A program made the translations under genes and the position numbers. Of a stretch of 64,000 nucleotides of DNA, positions 62,801-64,000 are shown piece after piece. Origin of the DNA: Mytilus californianus (Eukaryota); assembly GCF_021869535.1 (NCBI RefSeq), contig NW_026262734.1, positions 59,272,001 through 59,336,000 of the forward strand, written 5' to 3'. Every line of letters begins with the position of its first letter. Position 1 is the first letter of the stretch. A model generated the notes under the pieces. The model was not told where the DNA came from, did no database searches, and saw nothing but the letters and a program-made list of their open reading frames with translations.

Positions 62801-64000
62801 TGTTTTCATTTGTATTTTCTAACCATGTCGGTTTTTATCATAAATCAAAACAGTGTCTAAACAAATCAGTTATGTGCAAAAATAACTGTAATATAAGGCA
62901 AGATGATGTACGACCAAACAGTAACCACACTTAAAAACGAACAACATGAAACAAAAACACTGTAGACAAGCTACGAGAAACTCGAGAATTTATACTACAA
63001 ACGATAAGACATAACACGATATCCAACTAAGCGTACAAAAGAAACATCACAACTAAATACAAAGATGTTGGATGTTTAAATACCGAAACACGTCGTATAG
63101 CATTGCGAATTCACACTCGTCTTAACAGTCATTTTCGAGAATAGGTCGTCGGTACTTAGCAGACCAGACGACGTAAATAGTAAACCATAATTAAAGACGT
63201 GGTAAAAATGTCGTTATCTAGTTTAGATCAACCAATTTGTGATGAAGTCCATAAAATTTACGGAGTGTCATTTTTAATCTTTCCTCCTGATAATTCTAAT
63301 GGAGAAGTTTTAGCGTAAGGAGCACATTCCTGTACATAAAGTCAACATAATGTGAACATACACGAGCTCAACGTATCCATTGAGATATGTAACCACCGAA
63401 CGATAGTGCAGAGGGTATGATACTGATGAGAAATGGGAAATTGATAATAGGTAAGTTTAAACCAGCTCGTTTGAAATAGAATACTAGTAAATAAATTTGA
63501 AGATTTGGAATCTGAATGTCTTTACAAAATATTTTATAATCATAAACAATGAAAGAAATGCATCACTATACTTTCCATACTCAATAAAACAGGAATATAA
63601 CATGTATAATAAGCAGACATTTAATACCCATAAGTTGAAAAAAGAGATGATATGCCTAAAATAGAAAGAACCAACAGAACCATAAAGTGAACAACAAAAC
63701 ATCCCACTGCAAACTGAAGATCAGCATTACGAACGTCATCAAAACACCGGCAGTGATATCAAATTTATCCAGTACTCATGCTGAAAGTCAGACAATGAAC
63801 TAGCAAAAGAATACACTTGAAAAATATTGAAGGACATAAAAATGCATTACGATAAACAGCTGTCTCATATAATTATGTTTTGATTTGATTTTATAAACTA
63901 GTATTCTATTAATCAATAATAATCAGTAACGTCTAGCTTATCAAAGACATATGTTTTTGCCATGTTTATACACAAATCCGACCTCCCTTCAAACACTGCC

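Overview
AT-rich (about 70% AT by eye) animal genomic DNA, not prokaryotic. The interspersed repeats look like those I recall from mytilid mussels (Mytilus-like); this is recognition from memory, not a search. Most ORFs in the supplied track are spurious because the real genes are spliced. Hand-built models: (1) a minus-strand, 4-exon DUF4806-like transposon accessory gene (2718-4343) inside a truncated EnSpm/CACTA-like end; (2) a plus-strand, 6-exon AIG1/GIMAP GTPase (6553-17293) with five tiny N-terminal exons and an altered G3 motif (KTPG for DTPG); (3) a roughly 21-kb cluster (19.4-41.0 kb) of small secreted, cationic, single-WAP-domain peptide genes, with two apparently intact genes (24067-20257 and 35083-34498, both minus) and about five decayed or rearranged copies; (4) an apparently intact minimal type-I hammerhead ribozyme (44581-44624) between direct repeats, plus degenerate relatives; (5) a decayed two-exon gene with a 9-aa coding minisatellite, inside a region studded with paired inverted 15-bp motifs and interrupted by a nested CACTA-like element (46.9-54.2 kb). 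The rest is MITEs, Helentron-type elements including a ~160-bp satellite array, a SINE and minisatellites. No rRNA, true tRNA or CRISPR array was found.
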